This document shows positions 1 through 9,787 of a stretch of DNA of 64,000 nucleotides, piece by piece. The stretch covers positions 1 to 64,000 of IMG/VR virus record IMGVR_UViG_3300034417_000033; one strand, given 5' to 3'. A model generated the notes under the pieces. The model did not search any database. It had not been told where the DNA came from and saw only the letters and a list, made by a program, of their open reading frames with translations. Both the position numbers and the translations under genes were made by a program. Position 1 is the stretch's first letter. Each line of letters opens with the position of its first letter. This stretch comes from a virus.

Positions 1-45
1 TTTTGATTGGCACATTTGCCATTATCACATCGTAATTGCTCATTA

Positions 46-360
46 CTACTCTCCAAATTTCTCTTTTAGTCGCATGTACTCTGCGCGGTCTCTGTCTGTC
101 CGCTCTTGTGCTTTACGCTGTATTTCAGCAAGAGCTTCTTCCCGCTCTTCGTCTGTTTCTTCCCGCTCCACTCTTAAATAAAAGATAGGGCTTGGTCCAG
201 AATCGTATTCTCGCCAATGGTCAGGATCCCAGTCGAGATAAGCATTGGGGCCGTGTTCTTTGATCCAGCCGTCGATCATTTTCTTGACATCGTCCAACGT
301 GCAATCAAAAGTGTGCGGCGACACTTCCTCTATTGTTTCTTGTATAATTCTCTTATTCAT
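46..360 (-). CDS. Hypothetical phage protein (start likely MNKRII at 360)
   Basis: ORF 46..456. The ATG at 360 overlaps the stop of the upstream gene; charged C-terminal helix ending RAEYMRLKEKFGE. Confidence 0.7.
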   Translation of the reverse strand: MNKRIIQETIEEVSPHTFDCTLDDVKKMIDGWIKEHGPNAYLDWDPDHWREYDSGPSPIFYLRVEREETDEEREEALAEIQRKAQERTDRDRAEYMRLKEKFGE

Positions 361-671
361 AGCTGCTCGTACTTCCATGCAAAAAATTGGTTTAAAAAGT
401 CCTCGAGTGGGTTTATCTGCCATGAGCCAAATGGGGCTGGCGATCCGTATTCCCACGGGAATCGAGAAGTCTGATCAAATACACGAAACTCTATATCACT
501 AAGCCATGATTCTGCCATATCTCGATATAGCACTTGTACGTTTTCTACAGAATAGGCCAGCCTTTTTACAAGCGTGTCTTTTTCGAACTCAGCCTTCATC
601 GCGCCGAAGCGTCTGTTTTTAGCAGTTGTTCTAAATTCGCTAAGGGTTAACTTCTTTTGTTTGCTGGCCAT
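357..671 (-). CDS. GY.PWEY paralogue family, copy 1
   Basis: LVKRLAYSVE...FDQTSRFPWEY; SD GAGGAG upstream of MASKQ. Confidence 0.75.
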   Translation of the reverse strand: MASKQKKLTLSEFRTTAKNRRFGAMKAEFEKDTLVKRLAYSVENVQVLYRDMAESWLSDIEFRVFDQTSRFPWEYGSPAPFGSWQINPLEDFLNQFFAWKYEQL

Positions 672-698
672 AGTTCCACTCCTCAAGTCCTAAGCAGT

Positions 699-727
699 AT
701 ATTAACATGGCCAAGCGGGCAAGTCAA
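699..727 (-). promoter_or_regulatory. Sigma70-type early promoter
   Basis: TTGACT-17bp-TAATAT with extended TG, in an intergenic gap. Confidence 0.7.
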
Positions 728-746
728 CCTTTTTATCAGATGTTAT

Positions 747-992
747 TCAGATGTTGCTATTGCTACAGTCCTTTAAAAATCTCTGCTTCCTGGCCTCATC
801 CCATCGAACATTAAAATATTCCCAGGGTGCGTATCCCATCCGATTAAAAATTCGCATCATTGCAATGTTGTATCCTAAAATACTAGGCGGATCCATGCTG
901 TCTGTTAATAGGGCATATTCATTTCTGGCATCACTGTGCGTATGTATCAGCCTTCGCATCAGATGATTTTCAGATCCCTGGAATGCAGACAT
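747..992 (-). CDS. GY.PWEY paralogue family, copy 2
   Basis: LMRRLIHT...FNRMGYAPWEY. Confidence 0.75.
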   Translation of the reverse strand: MSAFQGSENHLMRRLIHTHSDARNEYALLTDSMDPPSILGYNIAMMRIFNRMGYAPWEYFNVRWDEARKQRFLKDCSNSNI

Positions 993-1290
993 ACGGGATT
1001 TCCTTTTTCTTCAGATACGATTCTAAATTGCACGTCTCTGCCGTTAAGACAGTTTGCCCATTACAATAATGTCGATATGCAGCGTGATACGCACCGTTGC
1101 CTCTCATACTTTTTGGTAGGAACAAAGACACATATTGAGTTTTGTTACTGTCCATATACCAAACACAGACGATGCCGTTTATGTTTATCTGGCCTGCTCT
1201 ACGATATCCGAATGGCAAGAACTGTGCGTCACGGATATTGTAATACGCGGCTATTTCCTCAAATGTTTCTGCATCATCAAAATTTTCCAT
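970..1290 (-). CDS. Small protein with GNAT-like motif A
   Basis: SLFLPKSMRGNGAY resembles the R-G-x-G acetyl-CoA loop. Confidence 0.5.
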   Translation of the reverse strand: MENFDDAETFEEIAAYYNIRDAQFLPFGYRRAGQININGIVCVWYMDSNKTQYVSLFLPKSMRGNGAYHAAYRHYCNGQTVLTAETCNLESYLKKKEIPYVCIPGI

Positions 1291-1549
1291 TCTCTATCTC
1301 TTCCTTACTTAGGCCACAATCTATTAAAAAATCCATTTCCTCTTCATCGTCCCATGACATAATTAAATATTCCCAGGGTGCATAACCTGTTTTCAGAAAA
1401 ACCTCTATCTTTGTTGCATAACCACGATCAAACATTGTTGTGTGATTGTTGATCTTATCCCGATACATATTACGAATGTCTTCAACAGAATACTTCAATT
1501 TCTTAATGAGTTTATCTTCAGGAGTCACAGGAATGTCTTCTTGTACCAT
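1277..1549 (-). CDS. GY.PWEY paralogue family, copy 3
   Basis: LIKKLKYSVE...FLKTGYAPWEY. Confidence 0.75.
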   Translation of the reverse strand: MVQEDIPVTPEDKLIKKLKYSVEDIRNMYRDKINNHTTMFDRGYATKIEVFLKTGYAPWEYLIMSWDDEEEMDFLIDCGLSKEEIENGKF

Positions 1550-1773
1550 ATTGATTTTTTAATACGATTAATGAATTCTTCTTTCCTATCTGTGGACCAT
1601 ATTATTTCTTGATATTCCCATGGGAGATATCCTGTTTCCTTAAAAACATTAAACTGAATTCTAAATCCATTAGTTTTGATATTTGAGTGTATATACCGAT
1701 GCACCCACAATCCCCAGGCTTGACTCGGCGAGTGTTTTAATTTTTGTGCTACTTGGAATTCACTCAGTTTCAA
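1525..1773 (-). CDS. GY.PWEY paralogue family, copy 4
   Basis: VAQKLKHSP...FKETGYLPWEY. Confidence 0.75.
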   Translation of the reverse strand: MKLSEFQVAQKLKHSPSQAWGLWVHRYIHSNIKTNGFRIQFNVFKETGYLPWEYQEIIWSTDRKEEFINRIKKSIWYKKTFL

Positions 1774-2050
1774 GAGGTATGCCTAATAAGTCTGCTATAT
1801 CTAAAATTCTGTCGTTTGTTTCAGCTGTCCAACCGTTCACTGTATGCGGGTTGACAGGCATGTATTCGTAAGGAAGATATCCAGTTTGAAGATAAACCTC
1901 AGCACCCATTTTATCCGTCGACAGTGGATGGTCTGAAAATCCTCTCTTAACCCAAGCTGAATTATATATTCGACGCGCCTCAGTTGGAGAGTACTTTAAT
2001 CTTTTAAAAAAGATATCCTCACGCATGTTTGACGCCCGTGCTTCATTCAT
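1760..2050 (-). CDS. GY.PWEY paralogue family, copy 5
   Basis: FFKRLKYSP...YLQTGYLPYEY. Confidence 0.75.
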   Translation of the reverse strand: MNEARASNMREDIFFKRLKYSPTEARRIYNSAWVKRGFSDHPLSTDKMGAEVYLQTGYLPYEYMPVNPHTVNGWTAETNDRILDIADLLGIPLETE

Positions 2051-2303
2051 GATCTATTCTGTATCTCCAATCTAAACCATGGGTGTCAAACATCAGTGCT
2101 CTTTCAGCAGTTTTAATAAATGTTTCTTTTTCATGTTTTGACCAAGTATGAACAGAATATTCCCACGGACTGTATCCAGTAGCAATGTAGATTTCAATGC
2201 ACGCCTGACGAATTGGCGTATTAGCTTTCATACATGCAGACCACATCGCTATTGCTTCGTCAACAGTGTGCTGCAAACGCTTGACTAGCAATGATTCATT
2301 CAT
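2043..2303 (-). CDS. GY.PWEY paralogue family, copy 6
   Basis: LVKRLQHT...YIATGYSPWEY. Confidence 0.75.
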   Translation of the reverse strand: MNESLLVKRLQHTVDEAIAMWSACMKANTPIRQACIEIYIATGYSPWEYSVHTWSKHEKETFIKTAERALMFDTHGLDWRYRIDHE

Positions 2304-2587
2304 AGCCAGGCGTGGGCAGTATAAGTGTTTGCGTAATTCATACTCTGTCTGGAGGCGTTCCCAAACTTCCTATTCTCGAACCTAGTCGCTGCTAAACGCC
2401 ATTTGGCGCGTACAGGCTGTGGGGCATGGGCACTTAAATAGTGAAGTTTGGAGAACACCATAACAGAAAACTGTTTGCATTTTTCAGCAGGGAAATTCTT
2501 ATAACGATTACACCAGTTATAATTAGGTTCCCTTCCATATCTGAAGTGAAAGTTTTTATCACCGGACGGACGAAACATTTTATTCAC
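2300..2587 (-). CDS. Basic hypothetical protein
   Basis: ORF with SD GGAG; its stop overlaps the next ATG. Confidence 0.65.
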   Translation of the reverse strand: MNKMFRPSGDKNFHFRYGREPNYNWCNRYKNFPAEKCKQFSVMVFSKLHYLSAHAPQPVRAKWRLAATRFENRKFGNASRQSMNYANTYTAHAWL

Positions 2588-2714
2588 AGCGGTTCTCCTG
2601 CCGTGCTACTTTCCATTCATGTACTGCTTTTATTAAAAATACAGTTGGCACTACCAAAACAGATAGCGTGATTACAAAGCCGGCATAGAATGCTTTTTTC
2701 TCTGAAGTAATCAT
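2580..2714 (-). CDS. 44-aa single-TM protein not in the ORF track (MITSEKKAFYAGFVITLSVLVVPTVFLIKAVHEWKVARQENRCE)
   Basis: Translated by hand; fills the gap exactly, with an ATGA overlap upstream and an overlap with the next start. Confidence 0.6.
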   Translation of the reverse strand: MITSEKKAFYAGFVITLSVLVVPTVFLIKAVHEWKVARQENRCE

Positions 2715-3190
2715 GCTAAGTACCACGTGCCGTCAGCGTTAGCAATATACTCGCCATGAACAAACTTAGTCAATTCTTTGTGCATCGGATTGTTCTGCGC
2801 ATTGTCATCGCGTTCAGCGTCAGTGTACGTTCTGACTTCAGAGCAGCGTAACACGCCGTTATCCAAGAAGAATTGGCGCCACTTGTTCATAAGCTCAAGC
2901 TGCTTATCAACTTCCACTTCATACGAAGTGTATCCAATTGTTTCAGATCCCGAACAACTAAAGTCATGCACGCCATACTCGGATTCAAGATCATCCAGCA
3001 TGATCGTGTATGGGTCGCTGTCGGACTCGCCAGTCATTGCAAGTTTAAAAAAGTTAGGCACAGCCATTGTGTCAATGTAGATCATGAATCCGTAATTAAC
3101 CCCGGCTCCCTTTAAGGGATCATCTTCATCAAGAAGATCATCAATCTCGTCATTGTAAAAGTTGAACATAAACGCTGCATCAACTAACAT
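2711..3190 (-). CDS. Acidic hypothetical protein
   Basis: ORF with SD GGAG and its own promoter. Confidence 0.7.
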   Translation of the reverse strand: MLVDAAFMFNFYNDEIDDLLDEDDPLKGAGVNYGFMIYIDTMAVPNFFKLAMTGESDSDPYTIMLDDLESEYGVHDFSCSGSETIGYTSYEVEVDKQLELMNKWRQFFLDNGVLRCSEVRTYTDAERDDNAQNNPMHKELTKFVHGEYIANADGTWYLA

Positions 3191-3216
3191 TTTTATCTCC
3201 AGTCTTGTATATAAGT

Positions 3217-3245
3217 ATTTTACACTAGCAAGACTGGGCCGTCAA
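3217..3245 (-). promoter_or_regulatory. Sigma70-type promoter
   Basis: TTGACG-17bp-TAAAAT. Confidence 0.75.
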
Positions 3246-3248
3246 GCA

Positions 3249-3638
3249 TTAACTGTTGTTCTTAGTATCTTCAATGATTTTCGGAATGTTCGGCTGGAAG
3301 AAGTTTGGCCCTTTCAGGATTTTACCATCTTCCCTGCGGATCGGCTTTCCTTGCTCATCAAGTTTCGACAAGTTAGAATTATGGATCTCTTGAAAGATTT
3401 CGTTAATTGGGATGCCATAGGAAACACATGTGCCGTAAATAATATACAGCATGTCGCCCAGGGCATCACATACTTCAACATAGTCGTTCTGTTCTTCTGC
3501 TTCTAGATACTCTTCCCATTCTTCACGCAACAGACCAATTCGCAAATCGCGAATCTCTTGTTTTGGAAAGCCAGGCTCAGCACCGATGTGACAGTCATAA
3601 ATCTCGTGGAACTTGTGCACCAATTCTTTCTTATTCAT
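3249..3638 (-). CDS. MazG-like / PRA-PH family NTP pyrophosphohydrolase
   Basis: LLREEWEEY...EVCDALGDMLY...HNSNLSK...DGKILKGPNF. Confidence 0.85.
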   Translation of the reverse strand: MNKKELVHKFHEIYDCHIGAEPGFPKQEIRDLRIGLLREEWEEYLEAEEQNDYVEVCDALGDMLYIIYGTCVSYGIPINEIFQEIHNSNLSKLDEQGKPIRREDGKILKGPNFFQPNIPKIIEDTKNNS

Positions 3639-3675
3639 ATTGTTTCCTTTTTATTATTATTTTATTTTGTAAAAA

Positions 3676-4635
3676 TTAATTCATAAATCCAAAACCTTTC
3701 TTATCTCCCTTAGAAGAAGATGGGTCGGAATCAATCATACGCTTAATTCTAGCTAGTGATTCATTAAAGTCATTACCTAAACATTCAACAGACACAATCA
3801 ATTCTTTCAAGTGTGCAACAGAGAACCCGTCTGTCGATTCAACCCATTTAGCAAGTTCGGTTTCATTTTCTAACAGTGCTGGGTTTTTAATTCTCAAGAA
3901 CTCACGTCTTGCATCGTCGCTCGGCATGCCAATGTAAATGACTTCGTCAAATCTGCTTGGGCGATTTGTGATACGCTTGTCTAGCAATTCCGGATAGTTT
4001 GTAGTTGCAACAAAGACTACGTTGTCTACTTGTAACTCGCCATCGAGCATTGCAAGGATTTCAGATTCCCCATATTGCTTAATGATTGAGTCGATGTCTT
4101 CGAGAATTACGACGATGGGTCTATTCGGTTCAATCTTGCGCAACATTCTAAGCCCTTCTGCATCGTGTGCAGGGTAGGTACTATAAATGGAAATGCCGCC
4201 CATGTCAATAATCTTTTTAGAAATTTGTTGCACAGTTGAAGTCTTACCGGAGCCAGGTGGGCCCCACAGCATTACACCACGTTTCCACAAGAATCCGAAG
4301 TCACGGAAGAATTGTTCTTTAGTCCAGAAGTTTTCGATTGAGTCAATTACTTTTGCACTGTTGTTATCTGGAAGAACAATCAAGTTGTCAAGACTAACAG
4401 TTTTTCTCACAAAGTAAAATCCCTGTGTGTCACTGTAGCGAACAAGATACTGCCCGGGTTCTAATTTGTCAACTGCCTTTTGGCAAGGGTAAAAGTTCTC
4501 ACCTGACACAGACCACATTTTACCATCTTCTCCAGCTCCTCGGAAATTGGAGGATGATGCTAATACTGGACGAAAATCTGGTGCTTCAATATCTTGCGCC
4601 ATGCAAGTTCCTTCGTTATCAACTTCTGTATTCAA
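3676..4635 (-). CDS. AAA+ ATPase (classic AAA clade)
   Basis: Walker A GPPGSGKT, Walker B ILEDID, SRH ATTNYPELLD..NRPSRFD. Confidence 0.9.
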   Translation of the reverse strand: MNTEVDNEGTCMAQDIEAPDFRPVLASSSNFRGAGEDGKMWSVSGENFYPCQKAVDKLEPGQYLVRYSDTQGFYFVRKTVSLDNLIVLPDNNSAKVIDSIENFWTKEQFFRDFGFLWKRGVMLWGPPGSGKTSTVQQISKKIIDMGGISIYSTYPAHDAEGLRMLRKIEPNRPIVVILEDIDSIIKQYGESEILAMLDGELQVDNVVFVATTNYPELLDKRITNRPSRFDEVIYIGMPSDDARREFLRIKNPALLENETELAKWVESTDGFSVAHLKELIVSVECLGNDFNESLARIKRMIDSDPSSSKGDKKGFGFMN

Positions 4636-5080
4636 TTATTTTTACTCCTGTTGAGTTTAACATATCTAATGATGCTTCCATAGACTCTTGCCATCTTTCA
4701 CTAAACCCCGTGTTCTTACCGGGGCCGTGTTCTTCATCTATTACTATTGTGGTAATGCCGTTTTGAATAATTGCCCTAGTGCAATCAGCACATGGGAAAT
4801 GTGTACAAAACATAACTGCATCTTTTAAATTAACTTCTGCGTTATAAATTGCATTACGTTCAGCGTGTTCGTAATAATACAATTTTTTTGGACGTTCGTG
4901 GATGTCAGTTCTGCTGTCATCCATTTTTCTTACCGGACCGTTATAACCAAACGACAGCGGCTTTCCTGTTCTACTAAAAATGTAGGCACCTGTTTTAGTA
5001 GACGGGTCTTTAGAATACGTAGACACTTCTTTTGCAAGTTTCAAAAACCTGCCAAGCCAAATATCGGACTCAATGTCCAC
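4619..5080 (-). CDS. dCMP deaminase
   Basis: SKDPSTKTGA, HAERNAI, PCADC zinc motifs; likely GTG start at 5080 with SD GAGG. Confidence 0.9.
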   Translation of the reverse strand: MDIESDIWLGRFLKLAKEVSTYSKDPSTKTGAYIFSRTGKPLSFGYNGPVRKMDDSRTDIHERPKKLYYYEHAERNAIYNAEVNLKDAVMFCTHFPCADCTRAIIQNGITTIVIDEEHGPGKNTGFSERWQESMEASLDMLNSTGVKIIEYRS

Positions 5081-5489
5081 GATAAGCCTCAAGTATGACT
5101 TGCATTCTTTCTTTTGTTGTTTCAGACAACTCGTTACACCCTTCACTTACATAGAATGTTTCTGACCTGCTACCAAACGAAGTGTATGGCACTTCATCCT
5201 TAATTGTGACGTCGCAGCCATATACTACTATACTAGTGGTTACAATCTCGTTAGTATTCACATCTCGCTGCTTGCTTTTCTCAACTATTTGATTGTTGTT
5301 TTGCAAGATAGTGTATGTTTTATGCGAAATGCTTTTGTAATACACAAACGGAGACATCAGGAATATAAAGGAAAATGCAACAAACAGACCACCACCTAAA
5401 GCGGCATTCTGCATATCTTCAGATGAAAATATTGCGACCATGCCCACAATAAATAATATAGCTCCGAGAATTACTAAAATTACGTCCAC
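5070..5489 (-). CDS. Two-TM membrane protein
   Basis: Two hydrophobic N-terminal segments. Confidence 0.7.
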   Translation of the reverse strand: MDVILVILGAILFIVGMVAIFSSEDMQNAALGGGLFVAFSFIFLMSPFVYYKSISHKTYTILQNNNQIVEKSKQRDVNTNEIVTTSIVVYGCDVTIKDEVPYTSFGSRSETFYVSEGCNELSETTKERMQVILEAYRGH

Positions 5490-5490
5490 G

Positions 5491-6639
5491 TTATGCTCCT
5501 ATGATGAAAGACGGCTGGGTGTTTGAAACATATTCCAAGATAAAATGTTTGCTGACGGTCGCCGCAGGAATATCCGCAGTTACCATTCTTTTGCTACTGC
5601 CATATCTGTAGCCGGAATCCTCTGTACAGAAAGAAACCCCACCTGAAGTTATTTCGCTAACACGACTTCCCTTCAACATGGATGGCGTGTGATGTTGGAT
5701 GGACCATGCAATAGCAACGTTATACAACAATGAGTCTTTTTCTACATACATTGTTCTTCCGCCGTGGCCGAGATTAACACAGTTAACCATAACCCTGTCA
5801 AATTCAGTAGCATCAACTTCTACTAAACGTGTCTCCAGTTTTTCTTTGGTACTTTCTAAAAAGTAAATGTAATCCAAACGACTATATGATCTAGGCGCAC
5901 TCTCCATTACATAGTCAGCAATAGAAGTTCTTGTATCTAATGCTGCTTGCAATTCTTTCCTAGCAACGTCCTTTGGAATTTCTTCATCAGCTACTTCGGA
6001 AATTCTAGAAACTTTCATTCCAGATGTGCTTAGGTAACAAGTGGCACCCGCTTTGTTTACATACTTAAACAAATATCGTCTCGCAGTTTTATCAAACACT
6101 GCACTGTCTGCGTATCTGTTTGATTCCATTATCACATTCCAGGAACCATAATAAATACCTTCGAACTTATCGTGCAATATTACTTTGTCGCCAATTTTGA
6201 CGTCCTTCAATGGAACAACTGTGCTAATGATATTAGTGTTCGTTTGTGCCAGTGCGTATGGATCAGAATTGACAGGAAGCAAAACATTTTCGGCTCCGTC
6301 ATATCCCCACACACAACGTTCTTGGATCAGTCCTTCAGAAATGGACGAACACGAAATAATCTGTTCTAAATTTTCCGAGGAGATTTCTGTAATAAATCCT
6401 CTGGGGTCAATAACTGTCCAGGATGTTTTTGTTCCGCTCCACGAACTTCGCCCAGGCTTAACAATAGTAAATCCTGGTAATGGAGTGTTAGTGTAATCCT
6501 GAACAAACTTCTGTTTTCTAACTCTTTCGAGTTTTACTTTCTTAGTCTTTGTATCCGGAACTAATTCTACATGAACAGCAGCAGTAGTCGGACCAGATCC
6601 GGCGCCAACAATAATCTTATCTGAAATATAAATAGCCAT
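5491..6639 (-). CDS. Conserved jumbo-phage hypothetical protein
   Basis: 382-aa ORF; WTVIDPRGF..EISSENL motif of a kind seen in large phages. Confidence 0.7.
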   Translation of the reverse strand: MAIYISDKIIVGAGSGPTTAAVHVELVPDTKTKKVKLERVRKQKFVQDYTNTPLPGFTIVKPGRSSWSGTKTSWTVIDPRGFITEISSENLEQIISCSSISEGLIQERCVWGYDGAENVLLPVNSDPYALAQTNTNIISTVVPLKDVKIGDKVILHDKFEGIYYGSWNVIMESNRYADSAVFDKTARRYLFKYVNKAGATCYLSTSGMKVSRISEVADEEIPKDVARKELQAALDTRTSIADYVMESAPRSYSRLDYIYFLESTKEKLETRLVEVDATEFDRVMVNCVNLGHGGRTMYVEKDSLLYNVAIAWSIQHHTPSMLKGSRVSEITSGGVSFCTEDSGYRYGSSKRMVTADIPAATVSKHFILEYVSNTQPSFIIGA

Positions 6640-6641
6640 TA

Positions 6642-6863
6642 TTAAAATCCAAAGTGTAGTTTAAAGCTCATGGCATCGCCACGGTCTTCAAAGCCGAATT
6701 TGTTTCCGCCCAACATGGTCCAGCGACCTGTTAGGTTTTCCTCACACCAAAGCACAATTCCACGGCCGGCAATTTGCTCATATGTTAGAGCTGGCAAAGT
6801 AGTGTACACCCAGTCTGTGGTTTTATCTCTAAACGCATCAGTCATTGGTATATAAGTTGACAT
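6642..6863 (-). CDS. Small protein, WC..N..G.W...F.F....DA..FKL family
   Basis: Ends FGFEDRGDAMSFKLHFGF. Confidence 0.7.
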   Translation of the reverse strand: MSTYIPMTDAFRDKTTDWVYTTLPALTYEQIAGRGIVLWCEENLTGRWTMLGGNKFGFEDRGDAMSFKLHFGF

Positions 6864-7144
6864 TAGATAAAATACTCCCGATATTTAAGCATCATTAATA
6901 ATTTTATTTCAGGCGATGCAACCTTCATTTTCTTACTTCGAAGATCCGTAAAATTTAATAGTCCAAACTCAACTCTAATTTTTAGAGGCAGTATCAAGTC
7001 TTGACGTAAGTTCAGTGTTGTGTTCCATTTTTCCCAACAGGCGTTTTGATAATAGATTTTATCTACAACCGTTGGCGTGTCAGTACCAAATGCCTGTATC
7101 CGTTCATCTTCAGTACAAAACTTTTGCAGTACATTAGATATCAT
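6863..7144 (-). CDS. Small protein with C-terminal LKY helix
   Basis: Ends EIKLLMMLKYREYFI; paralogue of 7134..7391. Confidence 0.65.
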   Translation of the reverse strand: MISNVLQKFCTEDERIQAFGTDTPTVVDKIYYQNACWEKWNTTLNLRQDLILPLKIRVEFGLLNFTDLRSKKMKVASPEIKLLMMLKYREYFI

Positions 7145-7391
7145 GGTAGTCCGGCGTGTTCTCGATGTAGTCAGCGTATTTCATTAGCGCCATCAACTTA
7201 ATTTTGTTTGATGAAAACTTTAATCCCACATGTGCAGGCCCATCTCGCATTATGAAAAATGTGCCAGTCACATGACCTTCGTAATCCTTAAAGAATTGTT
7301 CTGGCAGGACTGCTAGTCGCCTTAGACGAACGGTGGAAGACCATAGTTTCCACCGTATCCGATCCGTTTCTCTTTGTCTAGATGTTGCCAT
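7134..7391 (-). CDS. Small protein with C-terminal MKY helix
   Basis: KLWSSTVRLR and KIKLMALMKYADY match the neighbouring ORF. Confidence 0.65.
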   Translation of the reverse strand: MATSRQRETDRIRWKLWSSTVRLRRLAVLPEQFFKDYEGHVTGTFFIMRDGPAHVGLKFSSNKIKLMALMKYADYIENTPDYHDI

Positions 7392-8017
7392 TAAGTTGGG
7401 CGTTTCAGCAATACCTTATCAGCAAGCCCACTGTCAACTGCACCCTGTGCGGACAGGAACGTGTCGTAAGTCATTGTTGCAAACAGTTCCTCGTATGTTT
7501 TGCCGGAAGTGTTGTGATGCACATACAGTTCAGTCAAACGCTCGTTCAAGCGTTTTGCTTCGTCGATCGAACGTTTCGCATCTTCGAATTGCATTTCCTG
7601 AATGTGAATGGAGCCACGTGTGCCGCTGGTGCCCGAGCTAACACGGTGAATCATTGTGCGAGCTTCTGGCATAACAAAGCGTTTGCCTTTTGCGCCAGCT
7701 TGTGCAAGGAACGAACCCATCGACGCTGCTTGGCCCACGACCAAAGTGCTAACGTCTGGTTTGATGAATTCCATCGTGTTGTAAATTGCAAGACCGGCAG
7801 TTACTGAACCGCCGGGCGAGTTGATGTACATGTGGATGTCAGCGTCGGGATTCTCTGCTTCCAAGAACAGTAATTGGGCGACAATTAAGTCTGCCATCTG
7901 ATCATGGACTTCGCCGGTAAGAAAAACCACACGCTCTTTCAGCAAACGGGAAAAGATGTCATAAGAGCGTTCGCCCTTAGCTGTCTGTTCCACGACCATC
8001 GGTACTAAACTTGCCAT
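7391..8017 (-). CDS. clpP: ATP-dependent Clp protease proteolytic subunit
   Basis: [42 protein letters not shown]. Confidence 0.97.
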   Translation of the reverse strand: MASLVPMVVEQTAKGERSYDIFSRLLKERVVFLTGEVHDQMADLIVAQLLFLEAENPDADIHMYINSPGGSVTAGLAIYNTMEFIKPDVSTLVVGQAASMGSFLAQAGAKGKRFVMPEARTMIHRVSSGTSGTRGSIHIQEMQFEDAKRSIDEAKRLNERLTELYVHHNTSGKTYEELFATMTYDTFLSAQGAVDSGLADKVLLKRPT

Positions 8018-8050
8018 TGTATTTCTCCAGTAATATTAATTAGTTTGTGT

Positions 8051-8079
8051 AGTGTAACAGTAACTTTGTCGCATGTCAA
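8051..8079 (-). promoter_or_regulatory. Sigma70-type promoter for clpP
   Basis: TTGACA-17bp-TACACT. Confidence 0.8.
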
Positions 8080-8088
8080 TACAAAACA

Positions 8089-8096
8089 GATAAATA
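8089..8096 (+). promoter_or_regulatory. T4-late-like promoter GATAAATA
   Basis: 5 nt before the ATG at 8102. Confidence 0.6.
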
Positions 8097-8101
8097 ATAG
8101 T

Positions 8102-8446
8102 ATGAGACTTTCTGAACTAATATGTGAAAATTACGAATTTGGCCATTCTGGCAGCGACCTTGATTCTTGGTATAATCCTGAACTGGCAAAATACGCTGAT
8201 GATGAAAGAAGACGGACCGAAGAGGTGTGGGAACACGCAGATGGCGTTCCTGTTTTCACTAAGGACGTTCCTCACAGTAAATACGAGCTTATGAAAACTG
8301 AGCCCGGAAAGTACGAATACCAAAGTCCGGGCTATCGTGGTAGAGAAGAAGCTAAACAAAGAGCTGGGATGAAACATAAGCCTTATCAGCAGTTCGATCC
8401 CAACTTTATGAAAAAAGAAGAACCTAATCCAGCTTCGCCGAGATAA
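8102..8446 (+). CDS. Probable late / internal head protein
   Basis: Starts MRLSELICE (T4 capsid-targeting-like); one of the few plus-strand genes. Confidence 0.65.
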   Translation: MRLSELICENYEFGHSGSDLDSWYNPELAKYADDERRRTEEVWEHADGVPVFTKDVPHSKYELMKTEPGKYEYQSPGYRGREEAKQRAGMKHKPYQQFDPNFMKKEEPNPASPR

Positions 8447-9209
8447 CTGCTGCAACTGATTCTGCAAAGTCCTTGTCGTAACCGTCTGCGTCTTCGTTTA
8501 ACGAATCGAAGTTGTTAAGTGCCCACATCCAATAATCTAATGGAACATCTTCTAATTTGGCACCTTTGTACTTGCCGAACGGCATAGTTGCCAATTTAAT
8601 TGGTTCAGTCAACCAATGTTCCAACTGTACCCTGTATGAAATTCCTTCTTCAAGAATCCCACGCTTAATTGTTTCATCAAGCAAATGCTCAACTAGCAAT
8701 GTTGTCACAAGAACATCAGCACCCGCTCTATGTGCAGAAGTATCTTCAGGAACTTGCAAATCAAAACGGTATCGCAAATATGGAAGGTTAAATTCTTCTA
8801 CAGTTGCGTCGCCCGCATATAATTTTTTAGCCCAGCGCATAGTACAAATCCATGGCGTATTTAAATCCACAAGCATGTACTTTTCTAATACTTTCGAATC
8901 ATAGAAAGCATTGTGTGCAACTCTAGATCCTTTGCCTACTAAAGATTGCAACACAGGGTTAATGTCTTCTTTGGCGCCGTTTTTAAACAGAGGGCGACCA
9001 TCAACCATTTTGTTAGTGATGTTAGTTATTGAGGAAACTTTATACGAAATTGGTTCCATTGGTGTGTACAAGTGACTCACTATTTCCCACCCATGTGGAA
9101 ATTTTAAGCCAAAACCAAATTCAATGACTTCTGCTATCTTAAATTCTAAGCTAGTTGTTTCTGTATCAATTACAATACAGTCTTCTAAAAATTCTTCTCT
9201 TCTATCCAT
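8424..9209 (-). CDS. DEDDh 3'-5' exonuclease (ExoX / DnaQ-like) with C-terminal MPFGKYKG domain
   Basis: IDTETT, VAHNAFYD, HRAGADV, MPFGKYKG. Confidence 0.9.
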   Translation of the reverse strand: MDRREEFLEDCIVIDTETTSLEFKIAEVIEFGFGLKFPHGWEIVSHLYTPMEPISYKVSSITNITNKMVDGRPLFKNGAKEDINPVLQSLVGKGSRVAHNAFYDSKVLEKYMLVDLNTPWICTMRWAKKLYAGDATVEEFNLPYLRYRFDLQVPEDTSAHRAGADVLVTTLLVEHLLDETIKRGILEEGISYRVQLEHWLTEPIKLATMPFGKYKGAKLEDVPLDYWMWALNNFDSLNEDADGYDKDFAESVAAVISAKLD

Positions 9210-9766
9210 TATCTTATTTTCCTGAGTATATTGTTTGTGTCGAACCCGTCTATTATTTTTTTATTTTTTTCAAGCACATAATACTCTGCGTATACATCAG
9301 CAGTGGGGTCTGGAAGATCCCGGCTTATAATGTGGAAGTTATTTACAATACTGCACTGTGTTTCATGAGACAGTTTAATTCTATCGCCGGCTGGCAACAC
9401 TGCTCCCATTACTTTAGTAAAATATATTTTACTAGCGTAGAATAAACCATCAGCATAAATTTTGGAGCCACCAATGAAAAATATCTTTTCTTCATTCGAA
9501 ACCATATCCATTGCGTAATGTACTGAGTCTACAGTTTCAACGCCTTCGATATTTGCAAATTCATCTGGAGTGGATGTGACAATTATGTTTCTTCTGTTGG
9601 GAAGAGGCTTGCCCATAGAGTGGTATGTATTTTTCCCCATGATAACAGCAGAACCAGTGGTCAGTTGCTTGAACCGTTTCATATCATCTGGTAAGTGCCA
9701 CGGGATTGTATTGTTTACGCCGATAACGCCATCAATTGTGGCTGCGAAGATTAAAGCTATGTCCAT
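9209..9766 (-). CDS. folA: Dihydrofolate reductase
   Basis: GVIG..NTIPWHLPDDMKRFK, IMGKNTY, PLPNRRNI, IGGSKIY; SD GGAGG before MDIAL. Confidence 0.95.
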   Translation of the reverse strand: MDIALIFAATIDGVIGVNNTIPWHLPDDMKRFKQLTTGSAVIMGKNTYHSMGKPLPNRRNIIVTSTPDEFANIEGVETVDSVHYAMDMVSNEEKIFFIGGSKIYADGLFYASKIYFTKVMGAVLPAGDRIKLSHETQCSIVNNFHIISRDLPDPTADVYAEYYVLEKNKKIIDGFDTNNILRKIR

Positions 9767-9787
9767 TGTTTCCTCCATATTCAACCA

